Counted from the first letter of the stretch, positions 8,426 to 20,125 are shown. The stretch: DNA of 64,000 nt from Desulfococcaceae bacterium (GCA_046541495.1 JBKHDE010000003.1:513-64512), one strand, 5' to 3'. Numbers and translations are program-made. Notes: generated by a model from the sequence alone, not told the origin.

Positions 8426-9781
8426 TCAAAGCTTCGATGACCCGCTCGTTTCCACGGGTTGATACAGTTCCGCCGCCTCCGATTCCATCCCCTCTATTGA
8501 TTTCAGCCTTCGGGCAATACGAATACGATCGGCGGGGTTGTGAATGTAATGCTTGGCATCCGCCGCCACCGCCTGAGCCTGGTACAGGAGGGCCTTCCGG
8601 TGCGCCTTTCGGGAAGCCGAATGAAGAAGGCTTTGAATCATCTGCAGCAGCCGGTGAATGATGACCGGGTCGCGCTTACCGTAGGCCCGGATTTCAGCAA
8701 AACAATAATAGATGAGGTCCTCGAAGGAAAGGGTTACAAAACTCACCCGGAGCCGATTCTCTTGATCATACAAGGCCTTGTGATCCGGCAACCGCATGCG
8801 AATCGCCAGCAGATCCGTCAGATAATCCAGTGCATTGACAGCCGTACCCGGATCGTTGATGCCCGGGCTGAGGGCCTTGACGGCGATTTCGACGATATGT
8901 TTGAATCCGTATAAATAGTTCATTTTCGGCAATTCATTCTTCTGAAAAATCAAACCGCCCGAGAGTGTTTTGAAGAGATTCGAATCGGCATCCGGTTCGG
9001 GCCCGCTGACCCTGATGAGAGGCGTGCCCTTGATCAGGTATCCTCCCAGGGGTTCCAGAATCTGCACCACCCGATCATCCTTCACCAGCGCTTTCAAAAA
9101 AAGGTCCTCCTGAATCTGCTGAAAATAACCGGTTTCCGGACTATTATAAACCTGCCAAGACCCCGATGTCGGCGTTACCGGATCTCCCCGATCAGACTGT
9201 TCTTGGATTTCCTGCGCCAAGACGGATCGGGTGATCTCGTAAATATCCTTTAGGAGGGTTTCGATTTGAACACTTCTCGAAATTGTGTGGATGAAGTAAA
9301 CAAACAGCGCCAGACAGCCCAGCCCCAGTAGAAATCCGACAAAGAGCGACAGCACCGATACCTGCCGGTCTCCGATGTTCGATCGTATATTGATTAAAAT
9401 CATCAGGAGATAGATGATGGTGCCCAGGTAAATACCGAGCACCACCTGGTTGGATTTTTGGGAAATAAGGCCGGGAAGGATTCGAGGGGAGTAATTGGAG
9501 GCGGTCTGGTTCAGCATCACCATGACCATGGAAAAACTGAACACCGTCAGCGAAATCATTCCTCCGGCCATGGTCGATAAAAAGCTTCGGGCGGAATCTT
9601 CATTTACATTAATCACATAGCGGAGGTAAGGATCGATCAACCGGCCGACCCGACTGGTATCCAGAAAAATCATCATCAGGGCCAGACCAAAAAGCGCGGC
9701 GGTGATCAGGGTCGGATAAAAGGCGATGCTCTGGATGATTTCCAGATAGAGGCGCCGGGCACGATTGACGATTTTTTTCAT
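8426..9781 (-). CDS. multi-pass membrane protein, DUF2254-like
   Basis: 451 aa with N-terminal hydrophobic helices and a soluble C-terminal half. Family name is from recollection. Its stop codon abuts the stop of the convergent DegV gene (8425/8426). Confidence 0.6.
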   Translation of the reverse strand: MKKIVNRARRLYLEIIQSIAFYPTLITAALFGLALMMIFLDTSRVGRLIDPYLRYVINVNEDSARSFLSTMAGGMISLTVFSFSMVMVMLNQTASNYSPRILPGLISQKSNQVVLGIYLGTIIYLLMILINIRSNIGDRQVSVLSLFVGFLLGLGCLALFVYFIHTISRSVQIETLLKDIYEITRSVLAQEIQEQSDRGDPVTPTSGSWQVYNSPETGYFQQIQEDLFLKALVKDDRVVQILEPLGGYLIKGTPLIRVSGPEPDADSNLFKTLSGGLIFQKNELPKMNYLYGFKHIVEIAVKALSPGINDPGTAVNALDYLTDLLAIRMRLPDHKALYDQENRLRVSFVTLSFEDLIYYCFAEIRAYGKRDPVIIHRLLQMIQSLLHSASRKAHRKALLYQAQAVAADAKHYIHNPADRIRIARRLKSIEGMESEAAELYQPVETSGSSKL

Positions 9782-9979
9782 GGCAATTGCTCATATGTGA
9801 AGTGGGATATTCATTTGTATTATATCCGCTTGAAACTCCTTTCACAATCCTTAATTTTATTAGGATGCGGTCTGCTTTAGAAATGGCTTGTGCATCCTCA
9901 CATTCTTCCGTAGGATGTCTTCCGGTTACGGCAACGGAATGACCGCGCGCTTTTCTCAACCAAATACAGGGAGCTGTCG

Positions 9980-10936
9980 ATGCCACGATTATCTTCGGTC
10001 GTTTCGGAACTGAGCCGAAAGACGGTGATTGTCCTCAATACCAAATCCGGCTTCTTTGAAGGAGTGAATTCAGAAAACCGTAAAACCGCCCTTCTCCAAA
10101 AATTGACGATCACTTTTCCGGAGGCGGAGATTCTGAAGCCCGACCCCGAGGACATCGGCCCAACGATCACACAAGCGGTGAATCAGGGCGTCAAACTGAT
10201 CATCGTCGGCGGCGGGGACGGCACCTTGAATGCGGCGGCCAACCTTTTGGCCGACACCCAAACCGCTCTGGCCGTCTTGCCGATGGGAACCTTCAATTAT
10301 TTTGCCCGGGATTTGAAGATGCCCCTCGATCCGGAGAGGGCCGTCGACGCGATCGCCGGCGGTTTCACCTTGCGGATGGATTTGGGACAAGTGGAAATGG
10401 GGGATTCCAAAAAGCAATTTTTTCTTCACAACGCTTCCCTCGGGGTTCATTCTCTGGCTGTGGAAAAACGGAACGAATACAAACGAAACCTCGGTATCAA
10501 CAAGGCCCTGGGCATCAGTTGGGCCCTTCTGGAGACCATCTGGAAGCCGCCCCGATTGGAAGGGCGTCTGGAAAGCCGCGAAGGGGCCGAATTCCTCCGT
10601 TCTCCGTTCGTTTTCATCGGAAACAACACCTACGACACCAACAGCTTGGCCTTTTTGAACCGGAAATCCTTGACCGACGGACGGCTGACCGTTTTATACT
10701 CGCCGCCGATTCCGTCCCGTTCGCTTCTGAAGCTGGCGATACTGACGCTGGTCAAACGCAACTTCCGCGAAATACCCGAACTCATCGATCTGCACACGGA
10801 GGAGGTCACCATTCGAACCCGAAAAAAACATCTGAAGCTGATTCTGGACGGAGAATTTATGAAAGTTCCTCCGCCGCTGACCTTTCGTATTCATCCCCAA
10901 AGTTTAACCAGTATCGTCCCCCAAGAGGCTGCATGA
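9980..10936 (+). CDS. diacylglycerol-kinase-catalytic-domain lipid kinase (YegS/BmrU type)
   Basis: 318 aa with the signature LIIVGGGDGTLNAAAN and downstream PMGTFNYFAR. Confidence 0.85.
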   Translation: MPRLSSVVSELSRKTVIVLNTKSGFFEGVNSENRKTALLQKLTITFPEAEILKPDPEDIGPTITQAVNQGVKLIIVGGGDGTLNAAANLLADTQTALAVLPMGTFNYFARDLKMPLDPERAVDAIAGGFTLRMDLGQVEMGDSKKQFFLHNASLGVHSLAVEKRNEYKRNLGINKALGISWALLETIWKPPRLEGRLESREGAEFLRSPFVFIGNNTYDTNSLAFLNRKSLTDGRLTVLYSPPIPSRSLLKLAILTLVKRNFREIPELIDLHTEEVTIRTRKKHLKLILDGEFMKVPPPLTFRIHPQSLTSIVPQEAA

Positions 10937-11781
10937 CCCGACTGGCCCATGTGTCGGATCTCCATTTCGGTACGGTCAAACCGGTATTGGCCGCCGGATT
11001 GCTGGACAGCCTGAACCGGCTCCAACCGGATCTGGTGGTGGTGAGCGGCGATCTCACTCAACGGGCGCGAAGCCGCCAATATCGGGCCGCCCGGGAGTAT
11101 CTGGACAAAATTCCTTTCCCCAAAATCGTGGTGCCGGGAAATCATGACGTGCCCCTTTACCATGTCTACAACCGATTTTTCCACCCGTTGAGAAATTATA
11201 TGCGTTACATCACCACCGACCTGGCCCCGATGTATCAGGACGACAAGGTCGCGGTGCTGGGCATCAACACGGCCCGGTCTTTCACCCGCAAGGACGGTCG
11301 GGTATCCGTTTCACAGATCCGCCTGATTTACCAGCGCTTCTGCGAACTTCCCCCGGATGTATTTCGAGTTCTGGTCACCCACCATCCCTTCCTGTCGCCT
11401 CCGGGACGCCCCAAGCGGGTGGTCGGCAGGGCGGAAAGGGCCCTTCAATATTTGGAAAAATGCCGATTGGGCCTGGTCCTCTCCGGCCACTATCATATGA
11501 GTTACGCCGACGGGTCTCATGCGGCCTATCGGGCGCTTCAGCGTTCGGTCCTGGTGGTTCAGGCCGGCACCGCCACCTCCCGACGGGTTCGAAAAGAACG
11601 GAACGCCTTTAATTTCATTCAAAGAACCGAGGGGAAAGTGGTGTTGGATGTGCATATGTGGGACGGCGGCGCGTTTGCACCGGTTCGGCGTGAAGTCTTT
11701 CAACGCAACGGCCGCAAGCGATGGGAAAAACGAGAAAATACAGCAATTCCCCCCGGCTTGCGACACACAGGAGACACTTGA
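10933..11781 (+). CDS. calcineurin-like metallophosphoesterase
   Basis: Starts MTRLAHVSDLHFG (ATG 10933 overlapping the kinase TGA as ATGA). Motifs SGDLTQR, VPGNHD, VTHHP, SGHYH. Confidence 0.85.
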   Translation: MTRLAHVSDLHFGTVKPVLAAGLLDSLNRLQPDLVVVSGDLTQRARSRQYRAAREYLDKIPFPKIVVPGNHDVPLYHVYNRFFHPLRNYMRYITTDLAPMYQDDKVAVLGINTARSFTRKDGRVSVSQIRLIYQRFCELPPDVFRVLVTHHPFLSPPGRPKRVVGRAERALQYLEKCRLGLVLSGHYHMSYADGSHAAYRALQRSVLVVQAGTATSRRVRKERNAFNFIQRTEGKVVLDVHMWDGGAFAPVRREVFQRNGRKRWEKRENTAIPPGLRHTGDT

Positions 11782-11785
11782 TTTC

Positions 11786-12124
11786 ATGAAAAGGGTTGTC
11801 AAAGCACTGGGAATTCCGTTTTTGATGGTATCGGCTTTGGGGGTTTTATCGGGGTGTTATTCCACCGGTCGGACCATCGGGGAGTCCCTGCGAAAGGTGG
11901 AAGCGAAAATCGATCGGTTTCAGGAAGGATACGAAGACGGCCGGTACGGCTATTTCGAGGGCCCCTCCCCTTTCGATATTCTCGAGGAACCGGAACCCCA
12001 CTTGAGATCAGAGCCGATGCCTGGTACACTCGGCATCGAGCAGCCGGTGGCGCCTCCGATTCCCGAACCCCCGGAAAATGAAATCGAAGAACCGATCGTG
12101 CCGGATATTCCGAGAGAACCATGA
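11786..12124 (+). CDS. small lipoprotein, Pro/Glu-rich C-terminus
   Basis: MKRVVKALGIPFLMVSALGVLSGC has a signal peptide plus lipobox (LSGC). Its stop overlaps the next ATG (ATGA). Confidence 0.7.
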   Translation: MKRVVKALGIPFLMVSALGVLSGCYSTGRTIGESLRKVEAKIDRFQEGYEDGRYGYFEGPSPFDILEEPEPHLRSEPMPGTLGIEQPVAPPIPEPPENEIEEPIVPDIPREP

Positions 12125-13152
12125 CCGCCTACTTCATTCGCCGTTTTCTGTTGATCATACCGACTTTTATAGGGATCACCATTATGGTGTTCACCATCAC
12201 CCGGTTTGTGCCCGGCGGGCCCATTGAACGGATCATTCTGCAGGCCCAGCAGATGCAGGACACTATGGGGGCCGGTCCTTCCGGAATGGCGGGCGATGAA
12301 CGATCGCAGCCGCTCTCGGAAAGCCAGATTCAGCAGCTGAAGGAATATTACGGCTTCGACAAGCCGGTTCTGCTGAGCTATGTGGAGTGGCTGGGCAAGG
12401 TGCTGACCGGGGATCTGGGCACCTCCACCCGGTATTACGATCCGGTCTGGGACATGATCAAAAGCCGCATCCCCATCTCCCTCTATTTCGGCATACTGAC
12501 CATGATCCTGACCTATGGGGTGTGCATCCCCCTGGGGCTGGCCAAGGCGATTCGGCACAAGAGCGCCTTCGACAACGTCAGCTCGGTGGTCGTCTTCATC
12601 GGGTATGCCATTCCCGGATGGGTGGCCGGGGTGCTGATGCTGATGCTGTTCTCTTCCCGGTGGGAAATTTTTCCACTGGGCGGGCTCACCAGCGACATGT
12701 TTTTCGAATTCTCGGTTTGGGAAAAAGTGGCCGACATCGCCTGGCACACGGTCCTGCCGCTGACCGCTTATATGATCGGCTCTTTCACCGTCATGACCTT
12801 TCTCATGAAAAACACCGTCATGGACAATCTCGCATCGGATTACGTGCGCACCGCCATCGCCAAAGGGCTCCCGTTTAAAAAGGCGGTTTTCAACCATGCC
12901 CTGCGAAACAGCCTGATCCCCATCGCCACCCACTTCGGCAATAATATCTCCATCATTCTGACCGGGTCCTTTCTGATTGAAAAGGTGTTCAATATCAACG
13001 GCATGGGGCTTCTCGGCTATGAATCGATTCTGGATCGGGATTATCCGGTGGTGATGGGAATTCTGGTGATTTCTTCTCTGCTGTTGATGATCGGAAACAT
13101 TCTGTCGGATATCTGTGTGGCTTTCGTCGATCCGAGGGTACAATTCAAATGA
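12121..13152 (+). CDS. ABC peptide-type importer permease (YejB-like)
   Basis: MTAYFIRRFLLIIPTFIGITIMVFTITRFVPGGP resembles DppB/YejB N-termini. Multi-TM. Confidence 0.9.
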   Translation: MTAYFIRRFLLIIPTFIGITIMVFTITRFVPGGPIERIILQAQQMQDTMGAGPSGMAGDERSQPLSESQIQQLKEYYGFDKPVLLSYVEWLGKVLTGDLGTSTRYYDPVWDMIKSRIPISLYFGILTMILTYGVCIPLGLAKAIRHKSAFDNVSSVVVFIGYAIPGWVAGVLMLMLFSSRWEIFPLGGLTSDMFFEFSVWEKVADIAWHTVLPLTAYMIGSFTVMTFLMKNTVMDNLASDYVRTAIAKGLPFKKAVFNHALRNSLIPIATHFGNNISIILTGSFLIEKVFNINGMGLLGYESILDRDYPVVMGILVISSLLLMIGNILSDICVAFVDPRVQFK

Positions 13153-14204
13153 AACCGTTTCAAAATATGAACCCGCTCACCCTGCGTAAATTGCGCCGGT
13201 TCAAATCGATCCGCCGAGGGTATTACTCATTTCTTATTTTTGCCTTGTTGCTCCTGATCTCCCTATCTGCGGAACTGCTGGTCAACAGCCGAGCTTTGAT
13301 CGTTCATTACAACGGCGAGTATTTTTTCCCCACCTATGGAGACATGATACCGGGGACCGTTTTCGGCCTTGATTATGCCTATGAAACCAACTACCGTCAG
13401 CTCAAGGAGAAGTTTAGATCCGAAGGCGAAGACGACTGGGTGCTGCTGCCGCCGGTGCCCTACAATGCCTATGAAAACGATCTTCAAGAAAATGCCTGGC
13501 CCCCCTTTCCGCCTTCTTTTGAAGATCGTCACTATCTGGGCACCGATGTCGTAGGCCGGGATGTCGTGGCCCGCCTGGTCTACGGATTTCGCATCGCCAT
13601 CTTTTTTTCCCTGGGCCTGCTGTTGGCCAACTACACCATCGGGGTGTCCATCGGCTGTTCCATGGGATATCTGGGCGGAAAATTCGATCTGTTCTTTCAA
13701 CGGATCATCGAAATCTGGTCCAATGTGCCCTTTTTGTATGTCATCATTATCATCTCCTCCATCGTGGTGCCCAATTTCTGGCTTCTGATCCTGATCATGG
13801 CCTTTTTCGGCTGGATCAACATCACCTGGACCATGCGGACGATCACCTACAAGGAAAAGGCCCGGGAATACGCCCTGGCTGCCAAGGCCCTGGGCGCCTC
13901 CGATATGCGGGTGATTTTTAATCACATCATTCCCAATACGGTGGCCATTATCGTCACCTTCGCGCCGTTTTCGGTATCCAGCGGCATCGTGGCGCTCACC
14001 TCCCTCGATTATCTCGGATTCGGCCTGCCCCCGCCCACCCCGAGCTGGGGGGAACTTCTTCAGCAAGGATGGGCCAACATGTGGGCCTGGTGGATCGCCG
14101 GCTCGGTCATCCTGGCCATGATCGTCACCCTGCTGACGGTGACCTTCATCGGCGAGGCGGTCCGGGAAGCCTTCGATCCCAAACTGCACACCGTCTATGA
14201 ATAA
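13149..14204 (+). CDS. ABC peptide-type importer permease (YejE-like)
   Basis: 351 aa, DppC/YejE-like, with a long periplasmic loop after TM1. ATGA overlap with the upstream permease. Confidence 0.9.
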   Translation: MKPFQNMNPLTLRKLRRFKSIRRGYYSFLIFALLLLISLSAELLVNSRALIVHYNGEYFFPTYGDMIPGTVFGLDYAYETNYRQLKEKFRSEGEDDWVLLPPVPYNAYENDLQENAWPPFPPSFEDRHYLGTDVVGRDVVARLVYGFRIAIFFSLGLLLANYTIGVSIGCSMGYLGGKFDLFFQRIIEIWSNVPFLYVIIIISSIVVPNFWLLILIMAFFGWINITWTMRTITYKEKAREYALAAKALGASDMRVIFNHIIPNTVAIIVTFAPFSVSSGIVALTSLDYLGFGLPPPTPSWGELLQQGWANMWAWWIAGSVILAMIVTLLTVTFIGEAVREAFDPKLHTVYE

Positions 14205-14303
14205 GCGGTATGAAAACCCAAAAATCCTGCTTATATTGTTGACTGCAACTTCTTGGGTTGAAATTGAAATCCGTGAAACCGGCATCATCAGAAAGGATGG
14301 ATC

Positions 14304-16118
14304 ATGCATATACGATATTTTTCGGCTCTGACGGCCGCTCTTTTACTCCTTTTGATCGCGATCCCCGCGCCCGGGGCCTCTCCGGAACTGCCTGAAGAAA
14401 TCGAATGGCTCACCAATACCGAGGACCCGGTCTACGCCTCACCGGAAGCAAAAAAGGGCGGCATGTACAACACCGCCATCGCCAGTTTTCCCCTCACCTT
14501 CCGAACCGTGGGGCCCGATTCCAATTCGAGCTTTCGAAGCGCCATTCTCGGCAACCAGCTGAGCCTGATCGGGATTCATCCCAACACCGAGAACATCATT
14601 CCGGAGCTGGCCACCCACTGGGCTTTCGGCAAAGACAAAAAGACCATGTACTTCAAGCTCAATCCGGATGCCCGCTGGTCCGACGGCCACCCGGTGACCG
14701 CCGCTGATTTCGCCTATACCCTGGAGTTCATGCGCTCGGAGCATATCATCGCACCCTGGTACAACGACTATTACACCAAGGAGATCGACAAGGTCATCAT
14801 CTACGACGACCATACCCTGGCGGTGGTCAGCACCAAGGCGGTTCCCGATCTGCACCTGAAGATCCCCATCGGCCCCACTCCCCGCCATTTTTACGGGGAA
14901 TTGGATGAAGGCTTTGTTCAGACATACAACTGGAAAATCGTGCCCAACACCGGTCCGTACCAGATCGCGGATTTCAACAAGGGCCGCCACATCATGTTCA
15001 AACGAAAGAAGGATTGGTGGGCCCGGGATCTGAAGTATTTTCAAAACCGGTTCAACGTCGATTATGTCAAGTACACGGTGGTTCGGGATTTCAACCTCAT
15101 GTGGGAGCACTTCAAACGGGGCAAGATCGATACCTTTCCCATGACCATTCCCCAGTACTGGCACGTCAAGTCCAAGATCCGGGAGGTCGGCAACGGCTAT
15201 ATCCACCGTATCTGGTTCTTCAACAATACCCAGCAGTCGGCCCAGGGAATGTGGCTCAACCAGGCCAAGGAGATATTCAAAGACCCCAAGGTCCGGTATG
15301 CTTTCGCCCATGCCATGAACATCGAAAAGGTGATCAACCAGGTGCTGCGGGGGGATTATTATCGTCTCGAAAACGGGTATGTGGGATACGGCCGGTATTC
15401 CAATACGGAGGTTCGGGCCCGGCGCTTCGATCTGGAGAAAGTAAAACAGTACATGAGCGAAGCGGGTTGGACCCGGGGCTCGGAAGGCATTTGGGAAAAG
15501 GACGGCCTGCGCTTTTCCGTGGAGGTGACCTACAGCAATGAGGAGCACACGCCTCGGTTGGTGGTGCTCAAGGAAGAAGCCAAAAAGGCGGGCGTCGATC
15601 TGCGGCTTCAGAAGCTGGACCCCTCGGCCGCCTACAAAAAGGTGATGGAGAAAAAACACGACGTGGCCTGGATGGGATGGTCCACCTCCCTGCGTCCGCG
15701 TTTCTGGGAACACTATCATTCGGTCAACGCCTTCAAACCCCAGACCAACAACATTACCAACACCGCCGATCCCGAACTCGACCCGATGATCATCGCCTAC
15801 CGCAATTCCCTGGATGAAGAAGAGCGGATTCGGCTCTCCATCGAAATGCAGGAAAAAATTCATCAGATCGGCCCCTTTGTTCCCACCTTCATGGTGCCCT
15901 ATGTGCGCCATGCCTACTGGCGGTGGTGGCGCCTGCCGGATCCTTCCGGCACCCGGCACAGCAGCGATCTCTTTCTGCCGTTTGACAGCACCACCGGGGG
16001 GCTCTTCTGGTATGACGAGGCCCTGCACGAGGAGACCGAAGAAGCCATGAAACGGGGCAGACCGCTGGAGCCGGTCACGAACGTGGATAAAACCTATATG
16101 ATGCCGTTCCTGAAATAG
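14304..16118 (+). CDS. family-5 extracellular solute-binding protein (YejA-like)
   Basis: 604 aa with signal peptide [28 protein letters not shown]_bac_5-like sequence. Confidence 0.9.
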   Translation: MHIRYFSALTAALLLLLIAIPAPGASPELPEEIEWLTNTEDPVYASPEAKKGGMYNTAIASFPLTFRTVGPDSNSSFRSAILGNQLSLIGIHPNTENIIPELATHWAFGKDKKTMYFKLNPDARWSDGHPVTAADFAYTLEFMRSEHIIAPWYNDYYTKEIDKVIIYDDHTLAVVSTKAVPDLHLKIPIGPTPRHFYGELDEGFVQTYNWKIVPNTGPYQIADFNKGRHIMFKRKKDWWARDLKYFQNRFNVDYVKYTVVRDFNLMWEHFKRGKIDTFPMTIPQYWHVKSKIREVGNGYIHRIWFFNNTQQSAQGMWLNQAKEIFKDPKVRYAFAHAMNIEKVINQVLRGDYYRLENGYVGYGRYSNTEVRARRFDLEKVKQYMSEAGWTRGSEGIWEKDGLRFSVEVTYSNEEHTPRLVVLKEEAKKAGVDLRLQKLDPSAAYKKVMEKKHDVAWMGWSTSLRPRFWEHYHSVNAFKPQTNNITNTADPELDPMIIAYRNSLDEEERIRLSIEMQEKIHQIGPFVPTFMVPYVRHAYWRWWRLPDPSGTRHSSDLFLPFDSTTGGLFWYDEALHEETEEAMKRGRPLEPVTNVDKTYMMPFLK

Positions 16119-16134
16119 GCCCTTCGGCGGCCGA

Positions 16135-18237
16135 GTGGACGTGGAAAATGCGACCTTGAAACCGATTTTAGAAGTCAAGAACCTGGTGACCGCATTCGAT
16201 ACCGAAGAGGGACGGATTCGGGCGGTGGACGACGTCAGCTTTTCGGTGCCTGCGGGCGGCACCCTGGGGGTGGTGGGCGAATCGGGATGCGGCAAGAGCG
16301 TGACCGCCCTGTCGGTGATGCGGCTTCTGCCCAAGCCCATGGGGCAGATCCTGTCCGGGGAGATTCGGTTCGACGGCGTCGATATCGCGCACCTGCCGGC
16401 CGAGGAGATGTTCGCGGTGCGGGGCAACCGGATCTCCATGATTTTTCAGGAACCGATGACCGCCCTCAATCCGGTCCATAGAATCGGCAAACAGCTTCGG
16501 GAGGTGTTCCGGCTCCACTTTCCGCATATGGAAGACGCGAAGATTCGGCAATCGGCCCTGGAGATGCTCAAAAAAGTGGGCATTCCCGAACCCGAGCAGC
16601 GGTTGCGGGAGTATCCCCATCAGATCTCCGGAGGCATGCGCCAGCGGGTCATGATCGCCATGGCCCTGGCCTGCAAACCCGAGATCCTCATCGCCGATGA
16701 ACCGACCACCGCCCTGGACGTCACCATTCAGGCTCAGATCCTGACCCTCATCAAAAACCTTCAGGAAGAGACCGGAATGTCGGTGGTTTTCATCACCCAT
16801 GATTTGGGGGTCATCGCGGAAATCAGCGACTCGGTGGTGGTCATGTATGCGGGCAAAGTGGCCGAAGCCGCACCGGTGACCGAATTATTTCGGACCTCCC
16901 GGCATCCCTACACCCAGGGGCTCCTGTCTGCCATTCCCCGTCTGGAAACCCCGCGTAAAACCCATCTCAACATCATCAAGGGGATCGTGCCGAGTCTCTA
17001 TGATCTGCCCGAGGGGTGCCGGTTTCAGAACCGCTGCCCATTCGCCCAGCCGGTCTGTAAAGAACAACCGCCTCTGTATGAAGTAAATCCCGGCCATGTC
17101 TCGGCCTGCCATTTCTGGGATGAACTCCCGGAATTCGAAAAACCCCATGAGATCTCCGCCTTCAGGCCGGAGTCTAAGGCCGATGCCGGTGAACCCGGGC
17201 CCCAAGCCGCCTCTTCGTCCCCTTCTTCTGAAAACATCGCCCTGAATGTCTCCGATTTGAAGATGCACTTTCCCGTTCACGGCGGCATTTTTCTGCGCCG
17301 GGTGGCCACCGTATTCGCCGTGGACGGGGTGTCGTTCAAAATCCGGACGGGCCGGACTCTGGGGTTGGTGGGCGAATCCGGGTGCGGAAAGACCACCGTG
17401 GGCCGGTGTATCATTCGGCTCTATGATCCTACCGACGGCCGCATCCTGTTCGACGGCCGGGATCTCTGCCGTCTGGACCGCAAAGCCCTTCAGGCGGTGC
17501 GGCGGGATGTGCAGATGATCTTCCAAGACCCGTTCGAATCCCTCAACTCCCGCAAGACCGTCGCCGGGATCGTGGGGGAACCCTTCGTCATTCACGGCAT
17601 CGGCACCCCGGATGAACGGCGGGACCGGGTGAAGGCCCTGCTTGCCCGGGTGGGATTGCCCGAAAATGTCTTGACCCGGTTTCCCCATGAATTCAGCGGG
17701 GGCCAGCGCCAGCGCATCGGAGTGGCCCGGGCTTTGGCCCTGAACCCGCGGCTGATCGTGGCGGATGAACCGGTCTCGGCCCTGGATGTCTCCATCCAGT
17801 CGCAGATTCTGAACCTGCTACTGGATCTTCAGCGGGAGATGGGGCTCACCTATCTCTTCATCTCCCATGATCTGTCGGTGGTCAAACACATTTCCGACCA
17901 TATCGCGGTCATGTACTTGGGCGTGATCGTCGAATTTACCGATGCCGACACCATCTATGACCAACCGATCCACCCGTATACCCGGGCCCTCATCTCGGCC
18001 ATTCCGGTTCCCGATCCCGATGCGAAACGGGAGCCTCAGATCCTGAAGGGGGATGTGCCCTCGCCGGTCAATCCGCCGTCGGGATGCAGATTTCGAACCC
18101 GATGCCCCATCGCCGTCGACCGATGCATCCATGAAATACCGCCGCTGAGACCGGCCCCGGGCACCCGGGGCGACGACCATCTGGTGGCCTGCCACCGGGC
18201 CGAATATGTACAGAGTGAATTGCTGAAGGAGGCGTAA
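16135..18237 (+). CDS. fused double ABC ATPase (YejF-like)
   Basis: Two full cassettes: GESGCGKS twice, SGGMRQR / SGGQRQR signatures, [12 protein letters not shown] / [12 protein letters not shown] Walker B. GTG at 16135 or ATG at 16148 are possible starts. Confidence 0.9.
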   Translation: MDVENATLKPILEVKNLVTAFDTEEGRIRAVDDVSFSVPAGGTLGVVGESGCGKSVTALSVMRLLPKPMGQILSGEIRFDGVDIAHLPAEEMFAVRGNRISMIFQEPMTALNPVHRIGKQLREVFRLHFPHMEDAKIRQSALEMLKKVGIPEPEQRLREYPHQISGGMRQRVMIAMALACKPEILIADEPTTALDVTIQAQILTLIKNLQEETGMSVVFITHDLGVIAEISDSVVVMYAGKVAEAAPVTELFRTSRHPYTQGLLSAIPRLETPRKTHLNIIKGIVPSLYDLPEGCRFQNRCPFAQPVCKEQPPLYEVNPGHVSACHFWDELPEFEKPHEISAFRPESKADAGEPGPQAASSSPSSENIALNVSDLKMHFPVHGGIFLRRVATVFAVDGVSFKIRTGRTLGLVGESGCGKTTVGRCIIRLYDPTDGRILFDGRDLCRLDRKALQAVRRDVQMIFQDPFESLNSRKTVAGIVGEPFVIHGIGTPDERRDRVKALLARVGLPENVLTRFPHEFSGGQRQRIGVARALALNPRLIVADEPVSALDVSIQSQILNLLLDLQREMGLTYLFISHDLSVVKHISDHIAVMYLGVIVEFTDADTIYDQPIHPYTRALISAIPVPDPDAKREPQILKGDVPSPVNPPSGCRFRTRCPIAVDRCIHEIPPLRPAPGTRGDDHLVACHRAEYVQSELLKEA

Positions 18238-18256
18238 GGGAGATTAAACAGCGGTA

Positions 18257-19372
18257 ATGGGAGCAGACACACCCGACAAATCGAAGCACCCCTTTTATCC
18301 CTTTGCCGTTCGAGTTCTGATCACGGTGGGGATCAGCGGAACCTTCTTGTTGGCGACCCTCTTGATCTGGCGATCCACCACCCTTCTGCTTCTGATTTTC
18401 GCCGGATTTCTACTCAGCATTATTCTTCGGTGGCTGCAAGATCAGATCAGCCGATATACCCGTATTCCCCGCGGTCTGGCACTGGTAATATCCCTGATCC
18501 TTATTTTCTTGTTGGTCGGTCTGTTCAGTATGTATTTCGGCCCGATTTTGAAACAGCAGGTGGTCGATTTCTATCGCCGAATACCCGAATACCTCTCGGA
18601 TTTAAAATTCTATCTGAAACAATTCAGCTGGGGCAAAGCGGTTCTCGAACAGGCCGAGAAACCGGAAACGCTGATCAGCGCTGAGAACCTGCAGGAGACC
18701 GAACTGCTGAGCCGGGTCATCGGGGTTTTTTCCACCACCTTCGGCGCCGTCACCGGCGTATTGTTCATTCTGGTCATCGGCGTCTACCTGGCCGCCCAAC
18801 CGGATATCTATCTGAATGGTATTCTTCGCCTGATTCCGCTAAACAGTCGTCCCAGAGCGCTTGAGGTTTCTCACAACCTGTCCACCGCTATTCGCGGATG
18901 GCTCTTGGGCCAGCTGTTTTCAATGTCGATTCTGGGCACCATCGTCGGTTCGGGATTATGGCTGTTGGGTCTTCCCAATGCCCTGGCGTTGGGGCTGTTC
19001 GCCGCCTTGATGACCTTTATTCCCAACTTAGGCCCTGTTCTGGCCTTTATTCCCGCGATTCTGGTCGCCTTGTCTCAAGGGTTGTGGACAGCCTTTTATG
19101 TCAGCCTTTTTTATGTGTTCGTTCAAAATGTGGAGGGGTATTTTCTCACCCCCAAGATCCAGGAGAAAATTATTTCCGTGCCGGCGGTGCTTATTCTATC
19201 GGTGCAGATTCTTCTGTTCAACATCATCGGATTTCTGGGGATTCTTCTGGCCATGCCCTTGCTGGCCTGCACAATGGTGCTGATTCAGATGCTTTATGTT
19301 GAAGACGTTCTGGGGGATCGATTGGATACACCCGTGATAGATGAGCAGATCGGGCATTCTCATTCCGAGTGA
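18257..19372 (+). CDS. AI-2E family (PerM/UPF0118) transporter
   Basis: 371-aa multi-TM protein with a typical FIPNLGPVLAFIPAILVAL segment. Confidence 0.8.
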   Translation: MGADTPDKSKHPFYPFAVRVLITVGISGTFLLATLLIWRSTTLLLLIFAGFLLSIILRWLQDQISRYTRIPRGLALVISLILIFLLVGLFSMYFGPILKQQVVDFYRRIPEYLSDLKFYLKQFSWGKAVLEQAEKPETLISAENLQETELLSRVIGVFSTTFGAVTGVLFILVIGVYLAAQPDIYLNGILRLIPLNSRPRALEVSHNLSTAIRGWLLGQLFSMSILGTIVGSGLWLLGLPNALALGLFAALMTFIPNLGPVLAFIPAILVALSQGLWTAFYVSLFYVFVQNVEGYFLTPKIQEKIISVPAVLILSVQILLFNIIGFLGILLAMPLLACTMVLIQMLYVEDVLGDRLDTPVIDEQIGHSHSE

Positions 19373-19417
19373 TCATCCCTTCATTTCTTCCGCATCGTTT
19401 TACCTCGGCCGCTTTCA

Positions 19418-20125
19418 TCAGGCCGGTTCCGCACCCGCCCTCCGCTTTCGATCATAATAGACGTAAGCGATAAAGCCGATGAGGCTGACAATGCTGACCG
19501 CGATCAGGCCGCCTTTCATTCGGTCGGTGTCTTCCCCGAAATAGGCGAAAAGGAGCGACAGAGGAAGGATTCCCGCCATGGTGGCGCCGATGAATTTCCA
19601 GTACCCCATCTTCAGCAGGCCGCCGACAAAGCTGATGGCGTCATTGGAAAACAGGGGCGACAGCCGGGTGATGACCACCACCCAGAAACCGTAGTTATCC
19701 GCGTAATATTTGAGTGTCTCCTGTTTGTCCGATCCGACCAGTTTTTTCACGAGAACGGGACTTAGAAACCGCCCGATGAAATAGCCGATACTCGAGGCCA
19801 GATAGATGGAGACCAGAATCAGCAGCACCCCCCAGAAAGGACCGTAGGCCAGAATGGATACCAGCATCAGCATCCAGGAGGGAATCACGACCAGAAACAT
19901 CTGGGCCGTCATTCCGCCGATGATGATGACCGGCCCCCAGATCCCGATTTCCTCCACCCATTCCTTGATTCGCGCATCATCCCCCGAGGTGAGGATTCGA
20001 TAGGATTCATTGATGAAGTCATGAAAATCGGGAACCATAAAGTAAAAGGCCACCAGCATGGAAATCAGATAAAGCCCGATGACCAGCGGACCTTTGCTTC
20101 CTTTTACTTGTTTTTCTTCACTCAT
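19418..20125 (-). CDS. DedA/TVP38-TMEM64 (SNARE-associated) family membrane protein
   Basis: Starts MSEEKQVKGS at ATG 20125. Contains GYFIGRFL ... ITRLSPLFSNDAISFVGG, typical of the family. Confidence 0.75.
   Translation of the reverse strand: MSEEKQVKGSKGPLVIGLYLISMLVAFYFMVPDFHDFINESYRILTSGDDARIKEWVEEIGIWGPVIIIGGMTAQMFLVVIPSWMLMLVSILAYGPFWGVLLILVSIYLASSIGYFIGRFLSPVLVKKLVGSDKQETLKYYADNYGFWVVVITRLSPLFSNDAISFVGGLLKMGYWKFIGATMAGILPLSLLFAYFGEDTDRMKGGLIAVSIVSLIGFIAYVYYDRKRRAGAEPA

Noticed and set aside
14439-16439. Very long ORFs antisense to or overlapping real genes. Examples: 14439-16439 (666 aa), 38400-40052 (550 aa), 45144-46694 (516 aa), 35679-36947 and 50597-51874 (opposite tuf), 7085-8404, 11950-13143, 13263-14309.
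   Set aside because: Their translations are Arg/Gly/Pro/His-rich low-information sequences, typical of the stop-poor antisense frames of GC-rich coding DNA. Each lies opposite an ORF with unmistakable family motifs.
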